Assembly: GCA_965262725.1 (NCBI GenBank)
Contig: OZ253555.1
Span: forward strand, 1,376,001-1,440,000
DNA from: Dehalococcoidia bacterium
Lineage (GTDB): Bacteria > Chloroflexota > Dehalococcoidia > UBA2979
Reading direction: 5' to 3'
DNA: 64,000 bases
The notes under the pieces are model-generated. The model saw nothing but the letters and a program-made list of their open reading frames with translations, was not told the origin of the DNA and made no database searches. The position numbers and the translations under genes were made by a program. The stretch's first letter is position 1. Each line of letters begins with the position of its first letter. Shown piece after piece: positions 40,386-51,124 of this stretch.

Positions 40386-40428
40386 GGACCCCCTCCACCC
40401 GCGTGGGATGGCGCCCGCTGCGCGCCTA

Positions 40429-41602
40429 GTGTCCTGATTCGTAATAGCGACAGATAACGGGTATGGTGGCACAGCGGGGTTTTGCCCCATGGGGCAGACT
40501 CTGGAGTGTCATGAGCACCCGAATCGGACGGCCGACGGTCGCGATCGTCCTGAGCGACGAGGAGCGTGAGACGCTGGAGCGGTGGGCGCGCCGGCCGACA
40601 TCGGCCCAGGCGCTGGCGCTGCGCTGTCGCATCGTCCTGGCAGCGGCCGAGGGGACATCGAATAAAGCGATCGCCGCGGCGCTCGATTGCCATCCGGTCA
40701 CCGTCGGCAAGTGGCGCCGGCGCTTTGCGCAGGGGCGGCTCGATGGGCTACAGGATGAGCCGCGCCCCGGGGCGCCGCGCACGATCGCCGATGCACAGGT
40801 GGAAGCGGTGATCGTCACGACGCTGGAGGAGCAGCCTCCCAACGCGACGCACTGGTCGACCCGATCGATGGCAGCCGCGGTCGGGATGTCGCAGTCGGCG
40901 ATCTTCAGGATCTGGCGCGCCTTCGGCCTGAAGCCGCACCTCGTGGAGAGCTTCAAGCTGTCGCCCGACCCGCAGTTCATCGACAAGGTGCGCGACGTGG
41001 CCGGGCTCTATCTCAACCCGCCCGACGCGGCGGTTGTGCTGTGCGTGGACGAGAAGACCCAGATCCAGGCACTCGACCGCACCGCGCCGACGGTGCCGAT
41101 GATGCCCGGCGTCCCCGCCCGCCAGACGCACGACTACATCCGTCACGGCACGACGAACCTCTACGCGGCGCTCGATGTCGCCTCGGGATGCGTGATCACG
41201 GAGATGACCCCCCGGCACCGGGCTCGGGAGTTCCAGCAGTTCCTCGCCCTCATCGACCAAAGCGTTCCCCATGAGCTGGCGGTGCATGTCGTGCTCGACA
41301 ACGTCTCCACGCACCGCACGCCCGCCATCCAGCGCTGGCTCCAGCGCCATCCCCGCTTCACCTTCCATTTCACGCCGACCTACAGCTCCTGGATGAACCT
41401 CGTGGAGCGCTGGTTTGCAGAGCTCACCAGCAAGTGGCTCCGGCGCGGCACGCACCATAGCGTCCCTGATCTGATCCGCTCAGTGGAGATGTGGGTCGCC
41501 AGCTGGAACGAGAATCCGAGGCCCTTCATCTGGCACAAGTCCGCGGACCAGATCCTTGACAACCTCGCCGGATATCTAGAGCGCATCCCTGAATCGGGAC
41601 AC
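40429..41602 (+). mobile_element. IS630-family element, intact, intron-free allele
   Basis: CTAG at 40426-29 and 41602-05; terminal IRs tagtgtcc.gattc. Confidence 0.95.
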
Positions 41603-41605
41603 TAG
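40511..41605 (+). CDS. IS630 transposase
   Basis: HTH region, CVDEK/VLDN/VERWF; stop codon lies in the terminal CTAG. Confidence 0.95.
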   Translation: MSTRIGRPTVAIVLSDEERETLERWARRPTSAQALALRCRIVLAAAEGTSNKAIAAALDCHPVTVGKWRRRFAQGRLDGLQDEPRPGAPRTIADAQVEAVIVTTLEEQPPNATHWSTRSMAAAVGMSQSAIFRIWRAFGLKPHLVESFKLSPDPQFIDKVRDVAGLYLNPPDAAVVLCVDEKTQIQALDRTAPTVPMMPGVPARQTHDYIRHGTTNLYAALDVASGCVITEMTPRHRAREFQQFLALIDQSVPHELAVHVVLDNVSTHRTPAIQRWLQRHPRFTFHFTPTYSSWMNLVERWFAELTSKWLRRGTHHSVPDLIRSVEMWVASWNENPRPFIWHKSADQILDNLAGYLERIPESGH

Positions 41606-42813
41606 GGGTTCTCTGAACAGGTCGCCGCGTCGTTACTGGAGCACATGCACACTCCGATGACTATATGCGATCATGGCACTCCTCCGGGAAAGGGGAGCGC
41701 TGCCATGCATCAGCCGACATTCGCGAGAGTCGAGTTCGAGCGGGATGGCTACAAGACGCGCCGCCAGAAGTTCCTCGAACGGCTGGATGGCCTCGTCCCG
41801 TGGCAGAGGTTCGAAGCAGCCATCGAGCCCCACTACCCGAAACCGGGCCGCGGGCGGAGGCCCTACCCGCTCTCCGTGATGCTGCGCATCCATACCGTGC
41901 AACTCTGCTACAACCTCAGCGACCCCGGCATGGAGGATCTGCTCCACGAGGCCGAGTCGGTGCGAGCCTTCTGCTTCCTCACGCTCTCCGAGCCCATCCC
42001 CGACGAGACGACGATCCTCAACTTCCGGCACCTGCTCGAGCGCCACTCCCTGGGTAGCAGGATCCTCCAACTCATCAACGAGCACCTCACGAGCAAGGGA
42101 TTGAAGCTGAGCGAGGGCAGCATCGTGGATGCGACCATCATCTCGGCGCCATCGTCGACGAAGAATCGCGGGCGGGCGCGGGACCCGGAGATGCATCAGA
42201 CCAAGAAGGGGAAACAGTGGTTCTTCGGGATGAAGCTGCACATCGGCGCCGACAGGGATACTGGACTGGTCCACAACTTCACGACCACGCCTGCGAACGT
42301 GTCGGACGTGTCTGAGACGCACCGCCTGCTGCACGGCGAGGAAGCCGAGGTCTACGGCGACGCCGGGTACCGGGGCGTGCAGAAGAGACCCGAGAACGCG
42401 GACTCCAGGGTCAAGGACTGGAACGTGGCGATGCGCCCGGGCCTCCGGCGTGCGCTCGACCCGGAGAGTCCTGAGGCCGTCGAGGAGAAGCGGAAGGCAT
42501 CGGTGCGAGCGCTGGTGGAGCACCCGTTCTACAGCGTGAAGCGGCGCTTCGGCTACGCCAAGGTGCGGTACCGGGGTCTCTTCAAGAACCACGAGCGGTG
42601 TGCGGTCTTGCTGGGGTTCCACAACCTGCTCACCGCGAAGCCGCACCGTGCCTGACCGTGGGTGGAGTGCGCCCTCCCCGCCCCACACGGGGCGAGGAGG
42701 GGAGCCACAGGGGCCCGCGAGGGGGCGGATATGACCACTGTCATCGGGAATCCGCCTGAGAGCGCCTGACCGCGGCGAAACTGGGTCGCTAGACCCACCT
42801 GATCAGACTTGCC
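41606..42813 (+). mobile_element. IS5-family element, copy 3
   Basis: CTAG 41602-05 and 42814-17; one synonymous SNP seen versus copies 1-2. Confidence 0.95.
41705..42655 (+). CDS. IS5-family transposase
   Basis: Identical protein to the other copies. Confidence 0.95.
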   Translation: MHQPTFARVEFERDGYKTRRQKFLERLDGLVPWQRFEAAIEPHYPKPGRGRRPYPLSVMLRIHTVQLCYNLSDPGMEDLLHEAESVRAFCFLTLSEPIPDETTILNFRHLLERHSLGSRILQLINEHLTSKGLKLSEGSIVDATIISAPSSTKNRGRARDPEMHQTKKGKQWFFGMKLHIGADRDTGLVHNFTTTPANVSDVSETHRLLHGEEAEVYGDAGYRGVQKRPENADSRVKDWNVAMRPGLRRALDPESPEAVEEKRKASVRALVEHPFYSVKRRFGYAKVRYRGLFKNHERCAVLLGFHNLLTAKPHRA

Positions 42814-43074
42814 CTAGACGCCCGCGTCGTCTCCGCGCTCGAGGGCGGAGAGGATCGCCTCCGCCAGCGCACGCGCCGAGTCCGGCTCCAGTTCGACGGC
42901 GAGCCGGGCGGAGGGCCCCTCGCCGTCGTTCACGAAGTCGATGTTGAGGGCGTGCTCCAAGCGGACGTGGAAAGGGTGATCGTAGGTGACGCTGGCGTGG
43001 CTGAGGTCGAACCACCCGTCGTGCCGCTTGCCCGCGCCCGAGACGGCAACCCGCTCCAGGATCATCGTGCACAT
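42814..43074 (-). CDS. Small conserved protein (DUF6295-like)
   Basis: MCTMI, GAGK, YDHPFH..LEHALNIDF; RBS ggagg upstream. Confidence 0.7.
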   Translation of the reverse strand: MCTMILERVAVSGAGKRHDGWFDLSHASVTYDHPFHVRLEHALNIDFVNDGEGPSARLAVELEPDSARALAEAILSALERGDDAGV

Positions 43075-43107
43075 GCTCTCGACCTCCCTGTTGCCGCAGC
43101 GAGAGCC

Positions 43108-43869
43108 CTAGGCGAGATGTCGTCCGAGGAACTCGAACAGCTTCCCCCACCCGTCCATCGCCTGCTCCACACGATACGCGCCGCGGTCGTGATAGAAGAA
43201 TCCATGACCCGCCCCCGCGTACATGTGGAACTCGTAGTCCTTCCCGTGACGTTTCAACTCCTCCTCATGCAGCTGCACCTGCGCGGGAGGCGGACTGCGG
43301 TCCTCCTCGCCGAACAGGCCGAGGAGCGGGGAGGACAGGCTCGCCGTGTAGTCGAGGGGAGCAACCGGCTGCTTCGGCGTGAGCTCGTCCTCGGTCATCA
43401 CCACGCGACCGCCCCAGCAGTCGACGACGGCGTCGAATTCCTCCGTGCGGCATGCGGCGAGATACGCGTGGCGCCCACCGGAGCACGTACCGAAGACGCC
43501 GACCCTCCCATTCTGCGAGGGGAGTGCGCGTAGATAGCGCGCTGCGCCTGTCACGTCGCCGACCACCTGGTCGTCGGACACGCCCCCGACGCCGCGCACC
43601 ATCGACGCCACGTCCTCGGGCGTGCCGTGGCCCTCGCGCTGGTACAGGTTCGGGCAGATCGCCGCGTAGCCGTGGTAGGCGAATCGCCGCGTTGCCTCCC
43701 GGTACCACTCGTCCCACCCGGGGAGGTGGTGGATCAGGACGACGCCCGGGTACGGGCCTGGTCCGAGCGGTCGCGCCAGGTACGCCGAGAGCAGATCTCC
43801 CTCGTGGCCGGGGAAGGCGATGGTCTCCGCGAGCATTCCCTCGTACATGTCCGTCCGGTATGTGTGCAT
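43108..43869 (-). CDS. Dienelactone hydrolase family protein
   Basis: GTCSGG nucleophile, GEED, AGHGF. Confidence 0.9.
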   Translation of the reverse strand: MHTYRTDMYEGMLAETIAFPGHEGDLLSAYLARPLGPGPYPGVVLIHHLPGWDEWYREATRRFAYHGYAAICPNLYQREGHGTPEDVASMVRGVGGVSDDQVVGDVTGAARYLRALPSQNGRVGVFGTCSGGRHAYLAACRTEEFDAVVDCWGGRVVMTEDELTPKQPVAPLDYTASLSSPLLGLFGEEDRSPPPAQVQLHEEELKRHGKDYEFHMYAGAGHGFFYHDRGAYRVEQAMDGWGKLFEFLGRHLA

Positions 43870-44104
43870 TCGGAGACCTCCTCGCCGCCCCGCGGGGCGC
43901 GTGATTCCAGCCGCGGCATCGTGGCGTCATGCGATTGCGCGGCTCCGCAAGCCTACAGCCGCAGAGGCGCCACGGGGGCTCCACCCCCGGCGGGATTTGT
44001 CCGACGGGTCGATCGTCACCGGGACGTGAGTTGCGGCTACCACGGCCCGCGCGACTTCTCGGGGTGAATCCGAAGCCGACGCCGGCCCGTCGGCCCAGCG
44101 GTGC

Positions 44105-44956
44105 TCAGCTGGCTTGCTGACCCGTCGCGGGCTCCGCCAGGAAGGAACGCAGCTCCGCGGACCACAACTCCGGCGCCACCCGCCAGTTGAACTGGTGCGT
44201 GGTCGGCGGCCGGATGCCGCGTGCGGCCGGGATCGCCGCGAGGAGTCGCTCGTGCGCGCGCCCGAGCGCGCTCGACGTGCCGTGAATGACCATCGTCGGC
44301 GCCTTGACCAGCGGTGCCCTCTCCCACAGCGGGTACCGCGCCAGCGCCAGCGTCGATGCATCCTGTCCGGTCACGCCGTCGGGGCCGGGCGTCGCGCTGC
44401 TCACGGCGGAGAGGAAGCGGCGCCGGGTCAGCAGTGACACGTCATCGGGGTCGCTGGCCTCTCGAAGCGTCACGTCACGAGAGCGAGCCCACATGGTGAC
44501 GAGATGGCGTCCGTCGGGACGCTCCTCGATACCGTGCTCGCGCTCGAGCACGTCGACGCGGCCGGGGCGATTCCAGTTGAAGCACTCCTCCAGTACGAGC
44601 CTGTCGACGCGGTCGGGCCAGCTCGCCGCGACCTCAAGCGCGGTCAGTGAACTCGTCAGGGAGCCCAATACATGTGCCCGATCGATCTCGAGACCGTCGA
44701 GAAGCCAGGTGACTGCGCGTGCGTACTGTCGGACCTCGGTGTAGGCGATCGGCGGCGGATCCGATGCACCGAAGCCCGGCTGGGACATCGCGATCACCCG
44801 AAAGTCGTCGGCGAGAAGCGGGATCGCGTCCTGGAAGGTCGTGCAGGAACTCGGCGCCGGGTGCAGCAGGAGCAGCACTGGCCCGCTGCCGCCCTCCATG
44901 TACTCGATGTTTCCGTCCGGGCCGTGCACGAAGCCGCGGCGCACGTAGTCAGTCAT
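44105..44956 (-). CDS. Alpha/beta-hydrolase fold protein with atypical elbow
   Basis: RRGFVHGPDGNIEY, GFGASD, GSLTS. Confidence 0.8.
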   Translation of the reverse strand: MTDYVRRGFVHGPDGNIEYMEGGSGPVLLLLHPAPSSCTTFQDAIPLLADDFRVIAMSQPGFGASDPPPIAYTEVRQYARAVTWLLDGLEIDRAHVLGSLTSSLTALEVAASWPDRVDRLVLEECFNWNRPGRVDVLEREHGIEERPDGRHLVTMWARSRDVTLREASDPDDVSLLTRRRFLSAVSSATPGPDGVTGQDASTLALARYPLWERAPLVKAPTMVIHGTSSALGRAHERLLAAIPAARGIRPPTTHQFNWRVAPELWSAELRSFLAEPATGQQAS

Positions 44957-45124
44957 TATTCTTTCCTCGCCTTCCGTGCCGTGTGCGCATGATATGCGAG
45001 CCGCCTCGTCGCGCGGACCCGGCGTCCGGCAGGCCCGGACCGCGATCGCGGCCAGCCCGGGGCGCGCTCCGCGGGTGCCGGCGAAGACTGTCCGGTGCAG
45101 AGCGCCGCCCGGGCGTCTTCGCCC

Positions 45125-45763
45125 TCAGACCTTGCGTATCAGCATCACGCCGTCGCGGGTGGGGAGCAGGACCTGCGCGACCCGATCGTCCGCGGCGACG
45201 TGCGCGTTGAAGGCGGCCATCATCTGTCCGGACTTCGACTCCGGATCCAGCACACGCCCGTTCAACAGCACATTGTCCACCGCGATGATCCCGTCATCTG
45301 CGATGAGCTCCATCGCGGCCTCGTAGTAGTCGACGTACGGTTCTTTGTCGGCATCGATGAAGACCAGATCGAACGGGCCCTCCAGGGTCGTGAGCGTCTC
45401 GGCGGCCGGCCCGATCCGGATCTCGATCTTGTGGCCGTCCGGTCCCCGGTCGGCGTGCCCGCGGGCGATGTCGGCGGTCGCAGGGTCGATCTCGCAGGTG
45501 ACCAGCCGGCCGTCCTCGGGCAGCGCGGCAGCCATCATCTGCGCGCTGAAGCCGGTGAAGCAGCCCAGCTCGAGGATGTGCTTCGCACCCGACGCCCAGA
45601 CCAGGAGCTGCAGCAGCCCACCCTCGATCGGTCCCGAGAGCATCAGCGAGTGCTCCATCTCCTCCAGGGTGAAGCGGTGGAGTTCTGCCAGATGCGGCGC
45701 GAGCGGCGTCGTGTGCTGTCGCGCGTACTCTTCGACTTGCTCCAGCACAAGAGTCAGCATCAT
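45125..45763 (-). CDS. Class I SAM-dependent O-methyltransferase
   Basis: ILELGCFTGFS, FDLVFIDADK, VDNVL. Confidence 0.92.
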   Translation of the reverse strand: MMLTLVLEQVEEYARQHTTPLAPHLAELHRFTLEEMEHSLMLSGPIEGGLLQLLVWASGAKHILELGCFTGFSAQMMAAALPEDGRLVTCEIDPATADIARGHADRGPDGHKIEIRIGPAAETLTTLEGPFDLVFIDADKEPYVDYYEAAMELIADDGIIAVDNVLLNGRVLDPESKSGQMMAAFNAHVAADDRVAQVLLPTRDGVMLIRKV

Positions 45764-46038
45764 GTCCTCCGGCTTCGTTCGGACTCTGGATGGCCACGGC
45801 AGAGGTGAAGATGCGCCAGAGCGAGGCGGCACCGTCTAGGTGCCGCCTCGCCGCGCTGCGTCCGCGCGGGTCGTTCGTCCGGATCCCCGAAGGGCGGACA
45901 CGTTCCGGGAGCTGATCCGGTGGTCGCCACCTCACCCAGCCTCCGCTTCACCGTCCCGGCCATCAATCTACAGGCGCACAAACCGAGCTGGTCACGGTTC
46001 CCCCGGTCGAGGGCATCCGCCGCTAGGGTGGGTGGGCC

Positions 46039-46428
46039 TTGACGGCTCGCAAGGCTGTGCTGCTTGACGCCGACATGACCCTCTGGCGGATTGCGCACCA
46101 GCCCGCCCAAGTCTGGCAGTCCGTCCTTGCAGACTTGGGTATCGAGGTTCCTCCGCGGAGCGGGGTGGCGGCCCTGGCCTGCAGCCGGGACGTCCTCGCC
46201 CCCGGTTGGCGGGCGCTGGAGCGCGAACGCGGGGACCGCTGCCCGGCACCTGCGCAGGGGGATCCTGGATGCTCCGGGGCGCACGAGGCAGGCGGCCTCG
46301 GGGGCTTGATCCGGTTCCTGGGTGGTCCGCCGTGGGTTGCGGCCCCCGGACCCACGAGGAGGCGAGGAGCGACTCGGCCCGGCTCCAGTCGTCCGGCGTG
46401 TGCGATCGGCGTCTGGCCAAGGGGATGA
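46039..46428 (+). pseudogene. Probable degraded HAD hydrolase remnant
   Basis: KAVLLDADMTL resembles HAD motif I, then similarity is lost. Confidence 0.35.
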
Positions 46429-46684
46429 GCGGGGCTGACGTGATCGCGCCTAACGCTCATGCTGGTCGTGGAGGAGCGAGCATGTGTCGATCGCCAGGGT
46501 CATTGATCCACGCGTCGCCACGGTCATTAGACCACCCGGGACGCCGGTAGGCGGCTTGATATCAGTGAGCGTCTAGTGTCCTGAATTGGAAATGCGATTG
46601 AGATATCCGGTGAGGTTGGTGTGTCCCGAAGTCGAAGGGCGGGTGACGTGATGACGTAACCGGTCTGGAGACATGCTCGTCGTT

Positions 46685-48104
46685 GAGTAGCGTCCCAGCA
46701 AGTGGTGTCACAGGCGGGGAGACGGTCTCCGCAGGGGGACCTACTACCGACCACGGTGCCCATGCAGGTGGACGTAAGAGACCACCGCATCATCCTTCAC
46801 GAAGTTATGACGAACGTGGAGGAGGACGACGGTGGTCAGAGAGAGCGTGGACGTGTTGGAACTGCTCCGCAAGCAGGCATCGGGAGCTGACCTCGATTTC
46901 CTGCGCGAAGCGGTGGCTGTGCTCGCCGAGGCGGTCATGGACCAGGAGGTCTCGGCGCAGGTCGGCGCCGGCTACGGTGAGCGCAGCGAGATGCGCACCA
47001 CCCGGCGCAACGGCTACAGGCAAAGACGCTGGGACACGCGGGTGGGCAGCATCGACCTGCAGATCCCGAAGCTCCGCCAGGGGTCCTACTTCCCGGCGCT
47101 GCTCGAGCCCCGGCGCCGCTCAGAGCGCGCCCTGCTAGCCGTCGTCCAGCAGGCGTACGTGGAGGGCGTCTCCACACGCCGCGTCGACGACCTCGTGCGC
47201 TCGCTCGGCTGCGAGGGCATCTCCAAGAGCCAGGTCTCGCGTATCTGCTCGGAGCTCGACACGGTCGTCACAAGTTTCCTCGGCCGGCCCCTGGACTCCG
47301 GCCCCTACCGATACCTCTGGCTCGACGCGCTCACCCAGCGGGTGCGCGAGGAGGGCCGCATCGCCCAGGTGAGCGTCGTCGTCGCCACCGCGGTCAACGT
47401 GGAGGGGAAGCGCGAGGTGCTGGGCATCGACGTCGGTACCAGCGAGGACGGGGCCTTCTGGCTGGCATTTCTCCGCGGCCTCGTAGCACGAGGGCTCTCC
47501 GGCGTGGAGCTGGTGACCTCCGACGCCCACCAGGGCCTGAGGGGAGCGATCGCGACCGTCTTCGGCGGCGCCTCCTGGCAGCGCTGCCGTACCCACTTCA
47601 TGCGGAACCTGCTCACACGCGTGCCGAAGAGCGCCGAGGCGCTGGTGGCGACGACCGTGCGCACCATCTACCAGCAGCCCTCGGCCTCCGAGGTGCACGC
47701 CCAGCACACGCGGGTCGTGGAGCAGCTCGGTGCGCGCTTCCCGCAGGCCGCGGCGATGCTCGCCGACGCCGCGGAGGAGATCCTGGCGTTCACGGCCTTC
47801 CCGGTGGCGCACTGGCGTCAGGTCTGGTCGAACAACCCCCAGGAGCGCCTCAACAAGGAGATCCGCCGGCGCACCAACGTCGTCGGCATCTTCCCCAACC
47901 GCTCAGCGGTCATCCGGCTCATCGGTGCGGTGCTCTCCGAGCAGCACGACGAGTGGGCCGTGGGGCGGCGCTACATGACGATGATGACGCTGCTCGCCCC
48001 GCCGGGGAGTGAGCTCACGCCGGGCAAGGAGGTGCTGCTGCAGGCTGCCGGCTAAGAACTGATAAGGATGGTGCGCAGTGACACCACTTGCCGGGACGTG
48101 ACCC
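46685..48104 (+). mobile_element. IS256-family element in domain I of the outer intron
   Basis: 26-bp imperfect IRs (..cgtccc.gcaagtggtgtca); 6-8 bp direct repeat (c)gtcgtt(g); absent from copy 1. Confidence 0.92.
46832..48055 (+). CDS. IS256 transposase
   Basis: RNGYR, GVSTRRV, YLWLDA, SDAHQGL, WQRCRTH, ERLNKEIRRR. Confidence 0.95.
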   Translation: MVRESVDVLELLRKQASGADLDFLREAVAVLAEAVMDQEVSAQVGAGYGERSEMRTTRRNGYRQRRWDTRVGSIDLQIPKLRQGSYFPALLEPRRRSERALLAVVQQAYVEGVSTRRVDDLVRSLGCEGISKSQVSRICSELDTVVTSFLGRPLDSGPYRYLWLDALTQRVREEGRIAQVSVVVATAVNVEGKREVLGIDVGTSEDGAFWLAFLRGLVARGLSGVELVTSDAHQGLRGAIATVFGGASWQRCRTHFMRNLLTRVPKSAEALVATTVRTIYQQPSASEVHAQHTRVVEQLGARFPQAAAMLADAAEEILAFTAFPVAHWRQVWSNNPQERLNKEIRRRTNVVGIFPNRSAVIRLIGAVLSEQHDEWAVGRRYMTMMTLLAPPGSELTPGKEVLLQAAG

Positions 48105-48616
48105 GTCGTTGCCAGCCGGTGCGAGTCCGGCACGGGTAACTGTCAGGAGGCCCGTTAGCAGGTCGGCGGCGCGGACGGGAAACGGTCCACGTCGAAGCCC
48201 GACGTCAAGAGCCCTATCAGGGGGAGCAACCAAGCGGTCCGCAGCATCAAGCGAAGCCTGCCGCGTCGTTAACGGATAGTGGAGGAGCCGAGCCCGGCAA
48301 TTCAGGGCGAAGGCCATGGACGAGGTGAAGATCCTGAATGCGCGTTGCGCTGCAGCCTCAAGGAACCTCCCGGCGTAAGGGGCGTGGAACGTTTGGAAGG
48401 TAGCGACGGGAACGGGAGAAGCCCTCCCCGGCCCGGCACCCTGCGAGATGGTGTCGGAGCGAGGTGCCCTATAACCGGTCAAAGCCGGGAAGTGGGCAGC
48501 TAGCCGGAAGGGTGACGGAGGGGGTCGTAGTACCGCTTGAGCCGGACGGACAACACAACCGCCGGTGATGGGAAGGACCCCTGCTTTGCTCACGCGTGGG
48601 GAGTAGGGATGAATCG

Positions 48617-49160
48617 GTGAGTGCCCAAGCGGCTAACTCCATCCAAGACAAGGTCCGAACACTACAACGCACGCTTTACCGGGCGGCCAAGGCCGACCCC
48701 AATAGACGCTTTCATGCGCTCTACGACAAGGTTTATCGCAGAGACATTCTGGAGCGCGCGTGGGAGCAGGTGCGTCGCAATCGCGGCGCAGCCGGTATCG
48801 ACGGCGTCACGCTCGCCGAGGTCGAGCGCTACGGCGTGGAGCGCCTGCTGGATGAACTGGCCACGGAACTGAAGGAGGGAAGATACCGGGTGCAGCCGAG
48901 CCGCCGGGTCTGGATACCCAAGCCCGGTCGGTCGGAAGAGCGCCCGCTCTCGATTCCTTCGGTCCGCGACCGCATCGTGCAGGCGTCGCTGAAGCTCGTG
49001 ACGGAGCCGGTCTTCGAGGCCGACTTCCTGCCATGCAGCTTCGGCTTCCGCCCGAAGCGTTCGGCCCATGACGCCCTGCAGGTCCTCATTGACGAGGCGT
49101 GGCGGGGCAGGCGGTGGGTAGTGGAGACGGACATCGCCTCGTGTTTCGAGTCGATACCGC
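48617..49160 (+). CDS. ltrA: Group II intron RT, exon 1 (copy 2)
   Basis: Translation identical to 14588-15131. Confidence 0.9.
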
Positions 49161-50022
49161 GTGCGTCCGGAAGTCGAAGGGGTGGTGACGTGATGACGTG
49201 ACCGGTCCGGAGACATGCTCGTTGCTGCCAGCCGGTGAGAGTCCGGCACGGGTAACTGTCAGGAGGCCCGTTAGCAGGTCGGCGGCGTGGACGGGAAACG
49301 GTCTGCGTCGAAGCCCGACGTCAAGAGCCCTATGAGGGGGAGCAAACGTGCGGTCCGCAGCATGACGCGAAGTCTGCCGCGCCGTGAGACTCGCCTGTCT
49401 ATTGACAGGACCAAGGAGGAGCCGAGCCCGGGTGGTCAGGGCGAAGGCCATGGACGAGGTGAAGATCCTGGAATGCAGCCTCAAGAAACCTCCCGGCGTA
49501 TGGGACGTGGAACGTACGGAAGGTAGCGACGGGAACCGGAGAAGCCCTCCCCGGCCCGGCACCCTGTGAGAGGGCGTCGGAGCGAGGCGTCCTATAACCG
49601 GTCAGAGCCGGGAAGTGGACAGCCAGCCGGAAGGGTGGCGGAGGGGGTCGTAGTACCGCTGGAGCCGGACGGACAACATAACCGCCGGTGATGGGAAGGA
49701 CCCCTACTTTGTCCGTGCATGTTGCTGGGGGTGTGGACTGGTGAGTGCCCCTCGGGGCTAGCAACCACTTGGTAGGGTTCGAGGCTCTCCGCACATGCTG
49801 TACCGGCTGGCCAAGGCACGACCCACGTTGTGGGGAGCGCTGCATGCCATCTGGTGAAGGGCATCGGTGAGCCGGATGAGGGAGAACCTCACGTCCGGTT
49901 CGATGTGGCAGGGGCTGGAGACGGACGCTGCTATGGCCGTGGAGTTGGGCACCACCGGGAAACCGGCTTGGAACTGATGCGCCACCGCCTACGGCTCGCA
50001 CCGCGCCAGCCCCTGACCCTAC
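49161..50022 (+). mobile_element. ORF-less group II intron (862 nt), uninterrupted
   Basis: GUGCG...ccctAC with DV; removal gives S-I-P-H-D-R-L-M. Confidence 0.95.
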
Positions 50023-50816
50023 ACGACCGTCTGATGACGGCCGTCGAGGAACGGATATGCGACCGCAATCTCCTGAAGCTGGTACGGGCGATGCTGCGTG
50101 CCGGTGTGATGGAGTCGGGGGTCGTGCAGCACAGCGCGACGGGTACGCCGCAGGGCGGGGTGATGTCCCCGCTGCTGGCCAATGTCTACCTGCACCGGTT
50201 GGACCGGGACTGGGAGGCGAAGGGTGATGGCGTGCTGGTGCGCTATGCGGATGACCTCGTGGTGCTCTGCCGGAGCCGGGAGGAAGCGGAGCGGGCGTTG
50301 GCCCTGCTGCGTGACCTGCTGGGTGAGCTCGGACTGGAGCTCAAGGCGGAGAAGACGCGCATCGTGCACCTGCGGGAGGGAGGCGAGGGGCTGGAGTTCC
50401 TCGGCTTCGAGCATCGCTGGGTACGTGCGAAGCGCAACAAGAATATCCAGTTCCTCGCACGCTGGCCCTCACGGCGAGCGATGCAGCGGGCGCGGGACCG
50501 CATCCGTGAAATCACGGCGCGGTTGCGTCTGCTGCTGAGTCCCCGGCAGGTCGTGGAGGAAGTCAATCGCTACCTCCGCGGCTGGATGAGCTACTTCCGC
50601 TACGGCAACTCGGCGAGGGCGTTCGACGTCCTGCACTGGTTTGCCATGTGGAGACTCAAACTCTGGCTGGGGAAGCGGTTGCGTTGGCGGCGACGCCATC
50701 GCGGGCACCCGTTTCCCGTCGCCGACCGTCTGGGGCTCATCTCGCTAGCTGGACAGCGCGTCGTGGCACCACGGCCATATCGACCGTGGCGGGGCACCCC
50801 GCATGCCGCCCGGTGA
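50023..50816 (+). CDS. ltrA: Group II intron RT, exon 2 (copy 2)
   Basis: PQG, YADD and domain X identical to copy 1. Confidence 0.92.
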
Positions 50817-51124
50817 AGGGCATCGGTGAGCCGGATGAGGGAAAACCTCACGTCCGGTTCGAGGCGGCAGGGGCTGGAGACGGACGATGCTACGGCTGTG
50901 GAGATGGGCGCCACCGGGAAACCGGCCTGGCAATATGCGCCACCGCCTACGGCTCGCACCGCGCCAGCCCCTGACCCTACTCAAGGATCTGGTCGGTGGT
51001 CTTGTGCGAGATGAAGCGCATCCGGTGCTCGTTCCAGTTGCGACCCAAGCCTCCACTGGGCGGACCAAGCCTGCGAGGCTCGGTGCGATTGTTTTCAGCA
51101 TTTGCAACTCGGGACACTAGCGCG

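Larger units (their letters stand above)
46619..50980 (+). mobile_element. Group II intron, outer member of twintron, copy 2
   Basis: Same 5' GUGUG, DV, DVI and ggttg|tcaagga junction as copy 1; 2074 nt after removing inserts. Confidence 0.95.
46576..51117 (-). mobile_element. IS630-derived MITE (~180 bp without the intron)
   Basis: CTAG-flanked IRs tagtgtcctgaattggaaatgc / gcatttgcaactcgggacacta; interior is a degenerate transposase 3' end. Confidence 0.85.
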
